DNA of 64,000 nt from Hyalangium minutum (GTDB taxonomy: Bacteria; Myxococcota; Myxococcia; Myxococcales; Myxococcaceae). The notes beneath the pieces were generated by a model. That model saw nothing but the letters and a program-made list of their open reading frames with translations. It had not been told where the DNA came from and did no database searches. The DNA is taken from NCBI RefSeq assembly GCF_000737315.1, contig NZ_JMCB01000003.1, positions 153,394 to 217,393 on the forward strand. Direction: 5' to 3'. Below, piece after piece: positions 38,773 to 46,956 of this stretch (position 1 is its first letter; each line of letters starts with the position of its first letter). A program made the position numbers and the translations under genes.

Positions 38773-40067
38773 AGGGCGCGATCATCCGCTTGGGGCTGCT
38801 GGTCATGCTGCTGGCGGGCATCTCCCGGGTCCAGGAGTGGCGCGTGGACACCGGCAACTCGGTGATGCTGGCGGCCGGGGCGCTGCTGTTGTGCGGGCTG
38901 TTCGCGGGCAAGGTGGCCAAGGGCGTGGGGCTCCCGCGCCTCACGGGCTATTTGCTGGTGGGCGTGGTGGTGGGGCCCTACGCGCTGGGCTTCATCCCCG
39001 GCGAGGGCGTGAAGGGGCTGGAACTGGTGAAGGGGCTGGCGGTGAGCCTCATCGCCCTGGTGGCGGGCACGGAGCTGCACCTGGGGCTCATCCGCCGGGT
39101 GGGCACGAAGGTGGCCCTGCTGTGCACTGCCGTGTGCGGGGTGACGTTCGCGGTGTGCTTCGGGGCGCTGTTCGCGCTCAGGCCGCTGCTGCCCTTCCTC
39201 GCGTCCATGACGGTGCCGCAGGCCCTGGCCACGAGCGCCCTGGTGTCCACCGTGGTGGTGTCCTTCTCGCCCACGGTGACGATCGCCATCGTCCAGGAGA
39301 CCTCGGCGCGCGGCCCCTTCACCGAGTTCCTCATGGCCCTGGTCATCATCGGCGACCTGTTCGTCATGGTGGCCTTCGCGCTGGCGGCCGGTGTCACCCG
39401 CGCCAGCTTCGGCGGGGGCTTCGATCTCAAGGGGCTGCTGGGCGGGGTGGGGTGGGAGCTGTTCGGCTCGGTGGGGGTGGGGGCGCTGCTGGCGGTGGCG
39501 ATGCTCATCTACATGCGCCGGGTGAACCGGGAGCTGCCGCTGTTCCTGGTGGCCCTGTGCTTCGCGGCGGCCGAGGGCGGTGCACGGCTGCACTTGTCCC
39601 CGCTGCTGGTGTCGCTGTCGGCCGGGGCATTGATCGCCAACCTGGACGAGCGCGAGAGCCAGCGCATCCACCACGCCATCCAGATGGCGGGCCTGCCCGT
39701 GTTCGCGCTCTTCTTCGCGGCGGCGGGCGCGGGGTTGAAGCTGTCCACGCTGGTGACAGTGGGGCCGGCGGCGCTGCTGCTGGTGGCGCTGCGGGCGCTG
39801 GCCATCCACCAGTCCTGCCGCCGCTTCGCGCCCGTCGAGGACCCCCGGCTGCGGCGCTACCTGTGGATGGGGCTCATCTCCCAGGCGGGCGTCACTTTCG
39901 GGCTGGCGGCGCTCATCTCGCGGACCTTCCCAAGTTTTGGGCCCCAAGTGGAGGTGCTCATCGTCGCGATGATTACCACCCACGAACTGGTGGGCCCCGT
40001 GCTTACCCGCCGGGCACTGGAGCGCAGTGGGGAAGCGCGAGGGGACGAACGCCCGCAGACAGCGTAA
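38769..40067 (+). CDS. cation:proton antiporter (CPA/Kef-type), paralog of upstream gene
   Basis: ATG 38769 overlaps upstream stop (ATGA); polytopic membrane protein of same family as 37570..38772. Confidence 0.65.
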   Translation: MKGAIIRLGLLVMLLAGISRVQEWRVDTGNSVMLAAGALLLCGLFAGKVAKGVGLPRLTGYLLVGVVVGPYALGFIPGEGVKGLELVKGLAVSLIALVAGTELHLGLIRRVGTKVALLCTAVCGVTFAVCFGALFALRPLLPFLASMTVPQALATSALVSTVVVSFSPTVTIAIVQETSARGPFTEFLMALVIIGDLFVMVAFALAAGVTRASFGGGFDLKGLLGGVGWELFGSVGVGALLAVAMLIYMRRVNRELPLFLVALCFAAAEGGARLHLSPLLVSLSAGALIANLDERESQRIHHAIQMAGLPVFALFFAAAGAGLKLSTLVTVGPAALLLVALRALAIHQSCRRFAPVEDPRLRRYLWMGLISQAGVTFGLAALISRTFPSFGPQVEVLIVAMITTHELVGPVLTRRALERSGEARGDERPQTA

Positions 40068-40091
40068 GCTAGGCGTTTCAGGAGAACCGGC

Positions 40092-40703
40092 TTGGCAGCG
40101 CCCATCATCGAAGTAGACATTCAACACCCCCAGCCTCGGCATATTGCACGCGCAGTGCAGGTCCTCGAGCGTGGGGGCGTCATCGCCTATCCCACCGACA
40201 CGTACTACGGCCTGGGGTGCGACCTGATGTCGAAGAAGGCCATCGAGCGGCTGTACCAGCTCAAGGGGCGCGACAAGAAGAAGCCGCTGTCGTTCCTGTG
40301 CCCGGACCTGTCGGACGTGGCGAAGTACGGGCACGTGAGCAACTTCGCCTACCGGACCATGAAGGGGCTGACGCCGGGAGCCTTCACGTTCATCCTCGAG
40401 GCCACCCGCGTGGTGCCCGAGATCATGATGTCGAAGCAGAAGCAGGTGGGCATCCGCGTGCCGGATGCGCCGCTGGCCCGGGCGCTGGCCGCGGGGCTGG
40501 GCCGGCCGATCATCACCACCTCGGCCAGCGACAGCGAGGGCGAACCTCTCATCGACGCCAAGGACATCAAGGAGAAGCTCGGACACGGATTGGATCTGAT
40601 CCTCGACGGAGGCGTGACGCTCATGGAGCCGTCCACGGTGGTGTCGCTGATTGGCGACTCGCTGGAAATCCTCCGCGAGGGCAAGGGCCGGCTGGACGCC
40701 TAG
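40092..40703 (+). CDS. tsaC: L-threonylcarbamoyladenylate synthase (TsaC/YrdC/Sua5 family)
   Basis: YrdC motifs VIAYPTDTYYGLGCD, KGRDKKKPLSFL, GIRVPD. Confidence 0.85.
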   Translation: MAAPIIEVDIQHPQPRHIARAVQVLERGGVIAYPTDTYYGLGCDLMSKKAIERLYQLKGRDKKKPLSFLCPDLSDVAKYGHVSNFAYRTMKGLTPGAFTFILEATRVVPEIMMSKQKQVGIRVPDAPLARALAAGLGRPIITTSASDSEGEPLIDAKDIKEKLGHGLDLILDGGVTLMEPSTVVSLIGDSLEILREGKGRLDA

Positions 40704-40752
40704 GGGCAGGGGGAACGGCTTGGTCGATCTGCATGGCTCGCACGAGGCGTCA

Positions 40753-41739
40753 ATGGATGCGCCGGAGCGCATCCCCGGGATGCTCTCGCTGTTCTGGATG
40801 CTGCTGTGGCGGCCGGTGGATCTGCACTACCGGCTGCATGGCGCGGGCATCCGGGCCCCGGGCGGGCGTGTGGGGCAGCTCTGGCACGAGCAGGCCGAGG
40901 GCAGCCGCGCCGCGGGCCGCTATGTGCGGCGGATGATGATGTTGCTGCTGCTCATCTCTCCGTTGGTCACCTTCATCCTGGGCGTCGGAGTGCATGGCCT
41001 GGGGCTGACGATGGCGCCTGGGTGGCTGGTGAGCGCGGTGCTGTGCTCGGTGATGGGGTTGTTCATTGCGCTCACCACGGGGCTGGCGGCTGGGACGTTG
41101 ATGGGGCTGCTGGCCAGCCAGGCCATGGTGGTGGGCCTGCATGCGGTGGTGGGAGAGGCGTTCGGGCCTCGCATGGGAGGGTGGGCCGGCGTCGTCATGG
41201 GCGGATGCCTGGGGTTGGTGGGAGGGCTGTGCGCGGGCAGCATCGGCGCGCTCTCGCGCGGCCAGGGCCTGTCGATCAACCGCGTCCAGGTGGGCGCCAT
41301 CGTGCTGAGCCTGGTGCCGATGACGGTGTGGGGACTGGGTGGGGCGTGGGGGTTCGGGGGCGCCGTGGCGGCGAGCGCGCTGGTGGCGTACCTGGTGGCT
41401 GCGTTCCGGCTGCCCATCTTCCTGTTGGAATCCGTGGTGCAGGCGGTGGTCTTCGCCCTGGAGCGGTGGATGGGCTGGGCCACGCTGCGGTGGGCTCCCA
41501 TCAATCACCACAACCTGAGCTACCTGCCATACCCCTTCCTGGCCGAGCACATGACGCTGGCGGCCCGCACGCGGCCCATGGAAGTGTTGGATGTGGCCAA
41601 CGCGTGCCTGAAGTCTCCGGGCAACGCCCTGCTGGGGTGGCCCTGGGTGTTGGCGGCGCTGGCGCAGGCCGAGGAGGCGGCAGCGGCGGCAGCGGCGGCG
41701 CATCAAGCGCACGAAGAGGGGCCTCCCGAGGCGCCGTGA
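40753..41739 (+). CDS. hypothetical polytopic membrane protein
   Basis: ATG at 40753; multiple Gly-rich TM helices; Ala-rich C-terminus. Confidence 0.45.
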   Translation: MDAPERIPGMLSLFWMLLWRPVDLHYRLHGAGIRAPGGRVGQLWHEQAEGSRAAGRYVRRMMMLLLLISPLVTFILGVGVHGLGLTMAPGWLVSAVLCSVMGLFIALTTGLAAGTLMGLLASQAMVVGLHAVVGEAFGPRMGGWAGVVMGGCLGLVGGLCAGSIGALSRGQGLSINRVQVGAIVLSLVPMTVWGLGGAWGFGGAVAASALVAYLVAAFRLPIFLLESVVQAVVFALERWMGWATLRWAPINHHNLSYLPYPFLAEHMTLAARTRPMEVLDVANACLKSPGNALLGWPWVLAALAQAEEAAAAAAAAHQAHEEGPPEAP

Positions 41740-41775
41740 GGTTGCCAAGGCGCGCTGCTCCGCTACCCTGACGCC

Positions 41776-42717
41776 ATGGAAGGGCTGCTCGATGCATTCA
41801 TCGCCTTCATCCGTGCCGAGCGCGGACTGTCCGGCAAGACGGTGGACGCCTACGCCGCGGACCTCACGGTGTACTTCGAGGATCTGCGTGCGCGCGGCAT
41901 CCTCGATGTGGCGCGGATGACCAAGGAGGACGTGGTCGAGCACTTGCGGCGGCTTGGGCAGCGCGGCCTGTCGAGGCGCAGCCAGGCGCGGCACCTGGCG
42001 GCCGTGCGGGGCTTCCACCGGTTCCTGATCGCGGAGAAGCTGGCGGAGAAGGATCCCACCGAGGACATGGACACGCCTCGGTCCGAGCGCAAGCTGCCGT
42101 CCTTCCTCACGCTGGAAGAGGTGGAGCAGCTGCTGGCAGCGCCGGACGAGCGCCATCCCGAGGGCCTCCGGGACAAGGCGATGCTGGAGCTGCTGTACGC
42201 CACGGGCCTGCGCGTGAGCGAGCTGTGTGGCCTGGGCATCAACGACGTGCAGCTGGGGGCGGGCTACCTGGTGGCAAAGGGCAAGGGCTCGAAGGAGCGT
42301 GTCGTCCCGGTGGGCAGCAAGGCGGTGGAGAAGGTCCAGGAGTACCTGGAGGGGACGCGGCAGCTGCTGCTGAAGCAGAGCGACTCGCGGGCCCTCTTCG
42401 TGACGCGCCGGGGCGGCCCCTTCACGCGCATGGGCTTTTGGAAGCTGCTCAAGCGCTACGCTCTCAAGGCGGGCATCCGCAAGCCGCTGTCGCCCCACAA
42501 GCTGAGGCACTCGTTCGCCACCCACCTCGTGGAGCGAGGGGCGGATCTGCGAGCGGTCCAGGCCATGCTCGGCCATGCGGATCTGGCCACCACGCAGATC
42601 TATACGCACGTGAACAGCGCCCGGCTTCGTGCCGTGTACGATCAGCACCACCCTCGGAGCGACTCTGCTCCGCCTGTGCCTCGCCCGAAGAGACGCCGGG
42701 CCGAGGCTGGGGGCTGA
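41776..42717 (+). CDS. xerD: site-specific tyrosine recombinase XerD
   Basis: N-terminal SAM-like domain (AYAADL...HLAAVRGFHRFL) and catalytic R..K..H-R-H..Y motifs (ATGLRVSEL, HKLRHSFATHL, LGHADLATTQIYTHV). Confidence 0.9.
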   Translation: MEGLLDAFIAFIRAERGLSGKTVDAYAADLTVYFEDLRARGILDVARMTKEDVVEHLRRLGQRGLSRRSQARHLAAVRGFHRFLIAEKLAEKDPTEDMDTPRSERKLPSFLTLEEVEQLLAAPDERHPEGLRDKAMLELLYATGLRVSELCGLGINDVQLGAGYLVAKGKGSKERVVPVGSKAVEKVQEYLEGTRQLLLKQSDSRALFVTRRGGPFTRMGFWKLLKRYALKAGIRKPLSPHKLRHSFATHLVERGADLRAVQAMLGHADLATTQIYTHVNSARLRAVYDQHHPRSDSAPPVPRPKRRRAEAGG

Positions 42718-42770
42718 AATTCCCCGGGCAGGAGGTTTGAGGAAGGCCCAGGTGCATCTACTCTGGGGAG

Positions 42771-43592
42771 GTGACTTCCCGCCTCTTGCGTTTGCCAGCC
42801 TCGGGCCGGCTTCTGGCCGCCACGGACATCCAGGGCAACCTGCGGGATTTTCAGCGCATGCTGGCCCTCTTCGAGGAGTCTCCGCACGATAGCGTCCTCG
42901 TCTTCACCGGGGATCTGATCCACGGCCCGGACGAGTACACGGAGGACCACTGGCCGGACTACCTCGGCACGCCCTACAAGGATGAGTCCCCGGAGGTGGT
43001 GCGGCTGCTGGCGGAGGCGCAGGCGCGTTACCCCGGCCGGGTGCACAGCCTGCTGGGCAACCACGAGCACTCGCACGTGGGCGGCCCGCGCACCGCCAAG
43101 TTCCACCACGACGAGGCCCAAGCGCTTGAGGAGCGCATGAGCCCCGAGGACGCCGAGTCCATGCGCGCGCTCTTCCGCCAGTTCCCGCTGGTGGCCGCCG
43201 CGCCCAACGGCGTGGTGCTGCTGCACGCCTCGCCCTCCGCGACGCTGAACCACGTCGATGAGTTCAAGTCCGTGGAGTTGGAGGGCTATGCTCATATGGG
43301 CATCGAAGAGTTCTTCCACATCCCCGTGCTCGGGGCGACGCTGTGGAGCCGCATGGCGCTGCCTGAGCAGGCCCGTGCCTTCCTGAAGCCGCTGGGTGGC
43401 CGCATCGCCATCTATGGCCACGACGTGGTGCGCGAGGGCTACGAGAAGGTGGGGGACGAGCAGCTCTGCGTCTCCACGAGCTTTGCCCTCTTCGACAAGG
43501 ACAAGGTCTACGTGGAGCTGGATCTCTCCAAGACCTATCCCAATGTGCACGCCCTGCGGGACGGTGTGGAACTCAAGAGGCTCCACGGCTGA
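42771..43592 (+). CDS. metallophosphoesterase (PPP-family Ser/Thr phosphatase-like)
   Basis: GDLIHGPD, GNHEHSHVGG, YGHDVV motifs. Confidence 0.75.
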   Translation: MTSRLLRLPASGRLLAATDIQGNLRDFQRMLALFEESPHDSVLVFTGDLIHGPDEYTEDHWPDYLGTPYKDESPEVVRLLAEAQARYPGRVHSLLGNHEHSHVGGPRTAKFHHDEAQALEERMSPEDAESMRALFRQFPLVAAAPNGVVLLHASPSATLNHVDEFKSVELEGYAHMGIEEFFHIPVLGATLWSRMALPEQARAFLKPLGGRIAIYGHDVVREGYEKVGDEQLCVSTSFALFDKDKVYVELDLSKTYPNVHALRDGVELKRLHG

Positions 43593-43654
43593 GCTCATTG
43601 CAAGGAATGGCCTCCCGGACGCAGGGACTGCGAGGCGTGCTATGGTCCCGTTCC

Positions 43655-44470
43655 ATGCAGCGCTCGATCCTCTCTTGGCAGGGCTTTTCGGTGCTCGCCG
43701 CTGCTATCACACTGGAGTGCACGCCCTCCGGTGTCATCAGGCCCGACGAGGAGACGCAAGATCCCGACATCGTACGGCCTTCTTCTAGAGAGTCACGCTT
43801 GGAAACACTTCCAGGACCGATGCTCGGCCCATTTGACTCCTACACCACTGCGCTTGAAACCGCCTGCGAGCACTTTCTAAAGAAACCCCATTCGAGCGCC
43901 GGACGTAAACCGCCCTCCACAGCCCTCCGTGAGGAGCAAGTTGCCTTTGAGCTGCGCTGGCGGGTATCCAAAGAGTATTGCGCCTGGATGTATTATACCC
44001 CCGATGGCAAATACAAGATAAGCAAACTGACAGACGTCACGAAGTCCAACGCCTTCGGGAAGAAGGTGAACTGCCTCATTCCTTCGAAAGTAGAGGACCG
44101 TGATTACCCATCAGACAGCATCAAATACGTCTTTCTCCTCCACAGCCACCCATACGACACACCCATCTCCGAGGACGACATCCTCTTTCTCGAGCGTGAA
44201 GGAGAGCGACACGGCTTCGACCCCGAAACCCAGGACAGAAAAAAACTGAGAATTTCCATCGTCGCCTTTTTCTCGCACGACGACGGCGCCCCCGCTTGCG
44301 ATGGCTTCTACATCTACTCGGCCCAAACCACTCGGATCTTCAAATGGACTCGCACCCAAGGCCATCTCGCCTGCGAGCAGACTCATGTTGTCGATTGGCG
44401 TGACTATGACAACTTCGATCTGAGCATCACTTCGTCAGTGGCGCCCTGCCCGGGCAAGGGGACTCCATGA
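43655..44470 (+). CDS. hypothetical secreted protein with JAB/MPN (RadC-like) metalloprotease-like motif; low-GC island gene 1
   Basis: Signal peptide MQRSILSWQGFSVLAAAITLEC; motif IKYVFLLHSHPYDTPISEDD fits E...HxH-x6-S-xx-D (JAMM-like; RadC is HNHPSGDPTPSQAD); local GC clearly lower than flanks (poly-A run aaaaaaactgagaatttcc). Confidence 0.5.
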   Translation: MQRSILSWQGFSVLAAAITLECTPSGVIRPDEETQDPDIVRPSSRESRLETLPGPMLGPFDSYTTALETACEHFLKKPHSSAGRKPPSTALREEQVAFELRWRVSKEYCAWMYYTPDGKYKISKLTDVTKSNAFGKKVNCLIPSKVEDRDYPSDSIKYVFLLHSHPYDTPISEDDILFLEREGERHGFDPETQDRKKLRISIVAFFSHDDGAPACDGFYIYSAQTTRIFKWTRTQGHLACEQTHVVDWRDYDNFDLSITSSVAPCPGKGTP

Positions 44471-45123
44471 GAACTCCATGCCTCCTGGTTTGCATCATCT
44501 TATTATTGAGTTGTGTGAAGAGCCCCATGCCCCCTCAGCCGTCGTCAGGGGAAGATGAGTCTATTGTCTTTCCAGATTTCTCCGGCCCGGTCTCCAATGT
44601 GGTCAGTCAGTCTGGGGGGGCATATGATGTGGATGGCGCGACGCTGCAGGCCCTTGTGACCGCACTCAGCGATTTCCTGCCGACGGATTCCCAAAACCCT
44701 TCGTGCTGGAACAGACCCGATGCCTGGCGCTACCGGGTCATCCGCCAAGAAAATACCTTCTTCATTCGCATCCAAGCAGATCCGGCTTTTTGCGCGGGCA
44801 AGATCATGATGCTGGACTCTGGCGCGAAATACGCGATCAGCAGTGATGGCCGAATCCTCCGACGCTTGTTCACAGGTCAGCCGGACTGGACCACGGGTTC
44901 GGAAGCTTCGGGAACTGGTGACGGCCCAGGAGATGCCAGCACGAGCAAGCCTCCTGTTGATGCCGATATTGCTGGCGTTTTGGAGTCGACCTGGAGCGAG
45001 TCTCGGGTATGGCCGGATGGAGGGGTCAAACAATCTGGCGCGAAGCCACAGCATGAAGGTCTTGGCACTCTGGATGGTGGTATTCCTCTGGACGGCGGGG
45101 AACTCTCCCCTCCAGTCAGGTGA
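44467..45123 (+). CDS. hypothetical lipoprotein; low-GC island gene 2
   Basis: MRTPCLLVCIILLLSCVKS lipobox (LLSC); ATGA overlap with upstream gene suggests co-translation. Confidence 0.55.
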   Translation: MRTPCLLVCIILLLSCVKSPMPPQPSSGEDESIVFPDFSGPVSNVVSQSGGAYDVDGATLQALVTALSDFLPTDSQNPSCWNRPDAWRYRVIRQENTFFIRIQADPAFCAGKIMMLDSGAKYAISSDGRILRRLFTGQPDWTTGSEASGTGDGPGDASTSKPPVDADIAGVLESTWSESRVWPDGGVKQSGAKPQHEGLGTLDGGIPLDGGELSPPVR

Positions 45124-45208
45124 CCTGCTCTTCTCCGGAGCGTCCCTCTTCACGAGGATCGTCTCCAGGCAAGGGCGCAATTCTGCTGAAGTTTTCGCAC
45201 CGCCCGGC

Positions 45209-45233
45209 GCGGGTTCGATTCCCGCCTCCTCCA
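45209..45233 (+). other. orphan tRNA/tmRNA 3'-end fragment (T-arm plus acceptor 3' strand); possible integration-site scar
   Basis: GCGGG-TTCGATT-CCCGC forms canonical T-stem/loop (GGTTCGATTCC), followed by CTCCTCC-A acceptor strand plus discriminator; no complementary 5' acceptor strand (GGAGGAG) upstream, so not an intact tRNA. Confidence 0.4.
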
Positions 45234-45349
45234 CTTTTTCATACTGGCCCACTCCGCTTTCGCTTGGTGCCGGGGCGTGCTGGTCCGCTCCAGCGGAGAG
45301 TCCGCGCAGCCTTGACCGCGGCATCTCGCTGGATTGAAAGGAAGTGGCC

Positions 45350-46189
45350 ATGCGTCTCCGAACATGCAGCGCACTCCTGCTCTTGCTCCTACTCCCGGCC
45401 TGCGCCACGACGGCGCCGAGCCCGGATAGCGCGGTGCCCCCCAACCAGAGGATCGCCAACCTGCAGAGGGCGGCGCAGTACCCCTGGACGGATGACGGGC
45501 AGTGCGTGGTGCGAGAGGCCTCCAACGAGTGGGAGGTTTTGGCGAAGCGATGCTTTCACGCTCTCGACCCGAAGAAGATCCAGTTTCGAGATGTGACGGG
45601 AAGATGCGCTCTGGCCTCGGCGGGGGCGGCTGTCGTGGGAGTGGGGCTCTGCATCTTTGTGGCACCCGAGATCATCGTGGGCGCGATCATCATCACTGGC
45701 GCCGTGGTGGTGGCAGTCGTCATCAAAGAGGAGTTAGACGCATATGAGCGAGGGGCATCCCGTGAGCGTGGGAGACCCAAGACTCAGACACGGCCATCCA
45801 CTGAGCAGGAACCCGTGTCGAATCGGAAGCCCAAAGCGGAAGAGTCCCCATTGGGTAGGGATTGGTTTCCCCCAGACCCGCCAGTCTCCTCGGACCCCCA
45901 TGATCGCCGCCCCGAGTGCACGCCCAGACGGGCTTCTCATCGTGGCGGCAACGACCCGCACAACGACTGCGCCGACTTCATTCCGCAGAACAGCTTTCCC
46001 GGCTGGGATGTTCTCGTCAATGGCAAGCACTTCGATGCGCTGCAAGGGGCCACGCGCACTCTTTGGGAGGTCAAGACCGACAATTTCGACACGTACACGG
46101 ACGACCTCAAGGACATCGTGGTCAGAAGTCAGGTGCCAAAGTTGCGGGACGAGCGCGCCCTCGCGATCGTCGTCATGGACTGGTGCTGA
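45350..46189 (+). CDS. lipoprotein with internal hydrophobic segment and C-terminal PD-(D/E)xK nuclease-like domain (candidate polymorphic toxin/effector)
   Basis: MRLRTCSALLLLLLLPACATT (lipobox LPAC); hydrophobic stretch AGAAVVGVGLCIFVAPEIIVGAIIITGAVVVAVVI; C-terminus ...FPGWDVLVNGKHFDALQGATRTLWEVKTD fits D-x18-E-V-K restriction-endonuclease-fold core; RBS AAAGGAAG upstream. Confidence 0.5.
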   Translation: MRLRTCSALLLLLLLPACATTAPSPDSAVPPNQRIANLQRAAQYPWTDDGQCVVREASNEWEVLAKRCFHALDPKKIQFRDVTGRCALASAGAAVVGVGLCIFVAPEIIVGAIIITGAVVVAVVIKEELDAYERGASRERGRPKTQTRPSTEQEPVSNRKPKAEESPLGRDWFPPDPPVSSDPHDRRPECTPRRASHRGGNDPHNDCADFIPQNSFPGWDVLVNGKHFDALQGATRTLWEVKTDNFDTYTDDLKDIVVRSQVPKLRDERALAIVVMDWC

Positions 46190-46190
46190 G

Positions 46191-46952
46191 ATGGCAGGCA
46201 CGCAAAAATCCCTACGCCTTGCCGTCTACGCTCCTGCGCTAACTCTGGACGATCGCCGTCCTTTGGCCGTTGTCCATGGAATGGAACGCACGTTCCCCGG
46301 CTTGCATCTGGGGTGGATGATTTCCGAAGCAGGGCAGCGCATTCCACTGCCGGATCGAGATGCTTTTGTCTCCCGCGAGAGGAAGGACGGGGGATTTCCG
46401 CTTCTGCGGAACGGTGATGAGACGTTCCGGGTGACCGTGACGGGATTGGAAAGCCCAGCGGGCACTTCGCCGGGGGGGAAGGCACAGTTTGAAGTCCAGG
46501 CGGTCCTGCCATTGAACGCAACCGGCATCGCGGCGGCGGCGGATGTGCTGGAGGCCGTAGGCGAGGATGCACGCGCGTTCTGGGGGCGCGTGCTGCCAGA
46601 GGGGATGGCCGTGACAGTGTCGGAGCAGTTTCGCCACTCGGGGGAGGAGCCGCATATCCCGCCGAAAGGGCTCCCCTCGCTCAAACTCCCATGGAAACTC
46701 CCCGCGCCTGAGATTCCGCATTACCTTGGGTGGCTGAACTACTGGTCCGACGCTGCCGCACGCGCCATCGGGTTCCCAGACCCTGCCCGCGACTCGGAGC
46801 TGCTGTCGCGCGCACGGCGCACGGCGACGGGAGGGTGGATTGTCCGGCTCACGGATGCGCCGCTCGATCTCGACAACCCCGCCCACCTGAACGCGCTCCT
46901 GCGCGCATATGAGCGCTTCCCGGAGATCGGCGGGCGTACTCCGAGCCGCTGA
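46191..46952 (+). CDS. hypothetical protein, candidate cognate immunity protein
   Basis: ATG 2 nt after upstream stop; 253 aa, no signal peptide; GC intermediate; position immediately 3' of nuclease-like gene as in toxin-immunity pairs. Confidence 0.45.
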   Translation: MAGTQKSLRLAVYAPALTLDDRRPLAVVHGMERTFPGLHLGWMISEAGQRIPLPDRDAFVSRERKDGGFPLLRNGDETFRVTVTGLESPAGTSPGGKAQFEVQAVLPLNATGIAAAADVLEAVGEDARAFWGRVLPEGMAVTVSEQFRHSGEEPHIPPKGLPSLKLPWKLPAPEIPHYLGWLNYWSDAAARAIGFPDPARDSELLSRARRTATGGWIVRLTDAPLDLDNPAHLNALLRAYERFPEIGGRTPSR

Positions 46953-46956
46953 GAAC

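Noticed and set aside
41776-42717. xerD as the integrase of the downstream low-GC island
   Set aside because: The protein is a canonical housekeeping XerD (SAM-like N-domain, full R-K-H-R-H-Y set) in a conserved tsaC-containing neighbourhood at host GC. An island-borne integrase would be expected inside the low-GC segment.
45124-45349. Intact tRNA gene between island genes
   Set aside because: Only the T-arm and 3' acceptor strand are present. No complementary 5' acceptor strand, D-arm or anticodon arm could be built from the upstream 80 nt.
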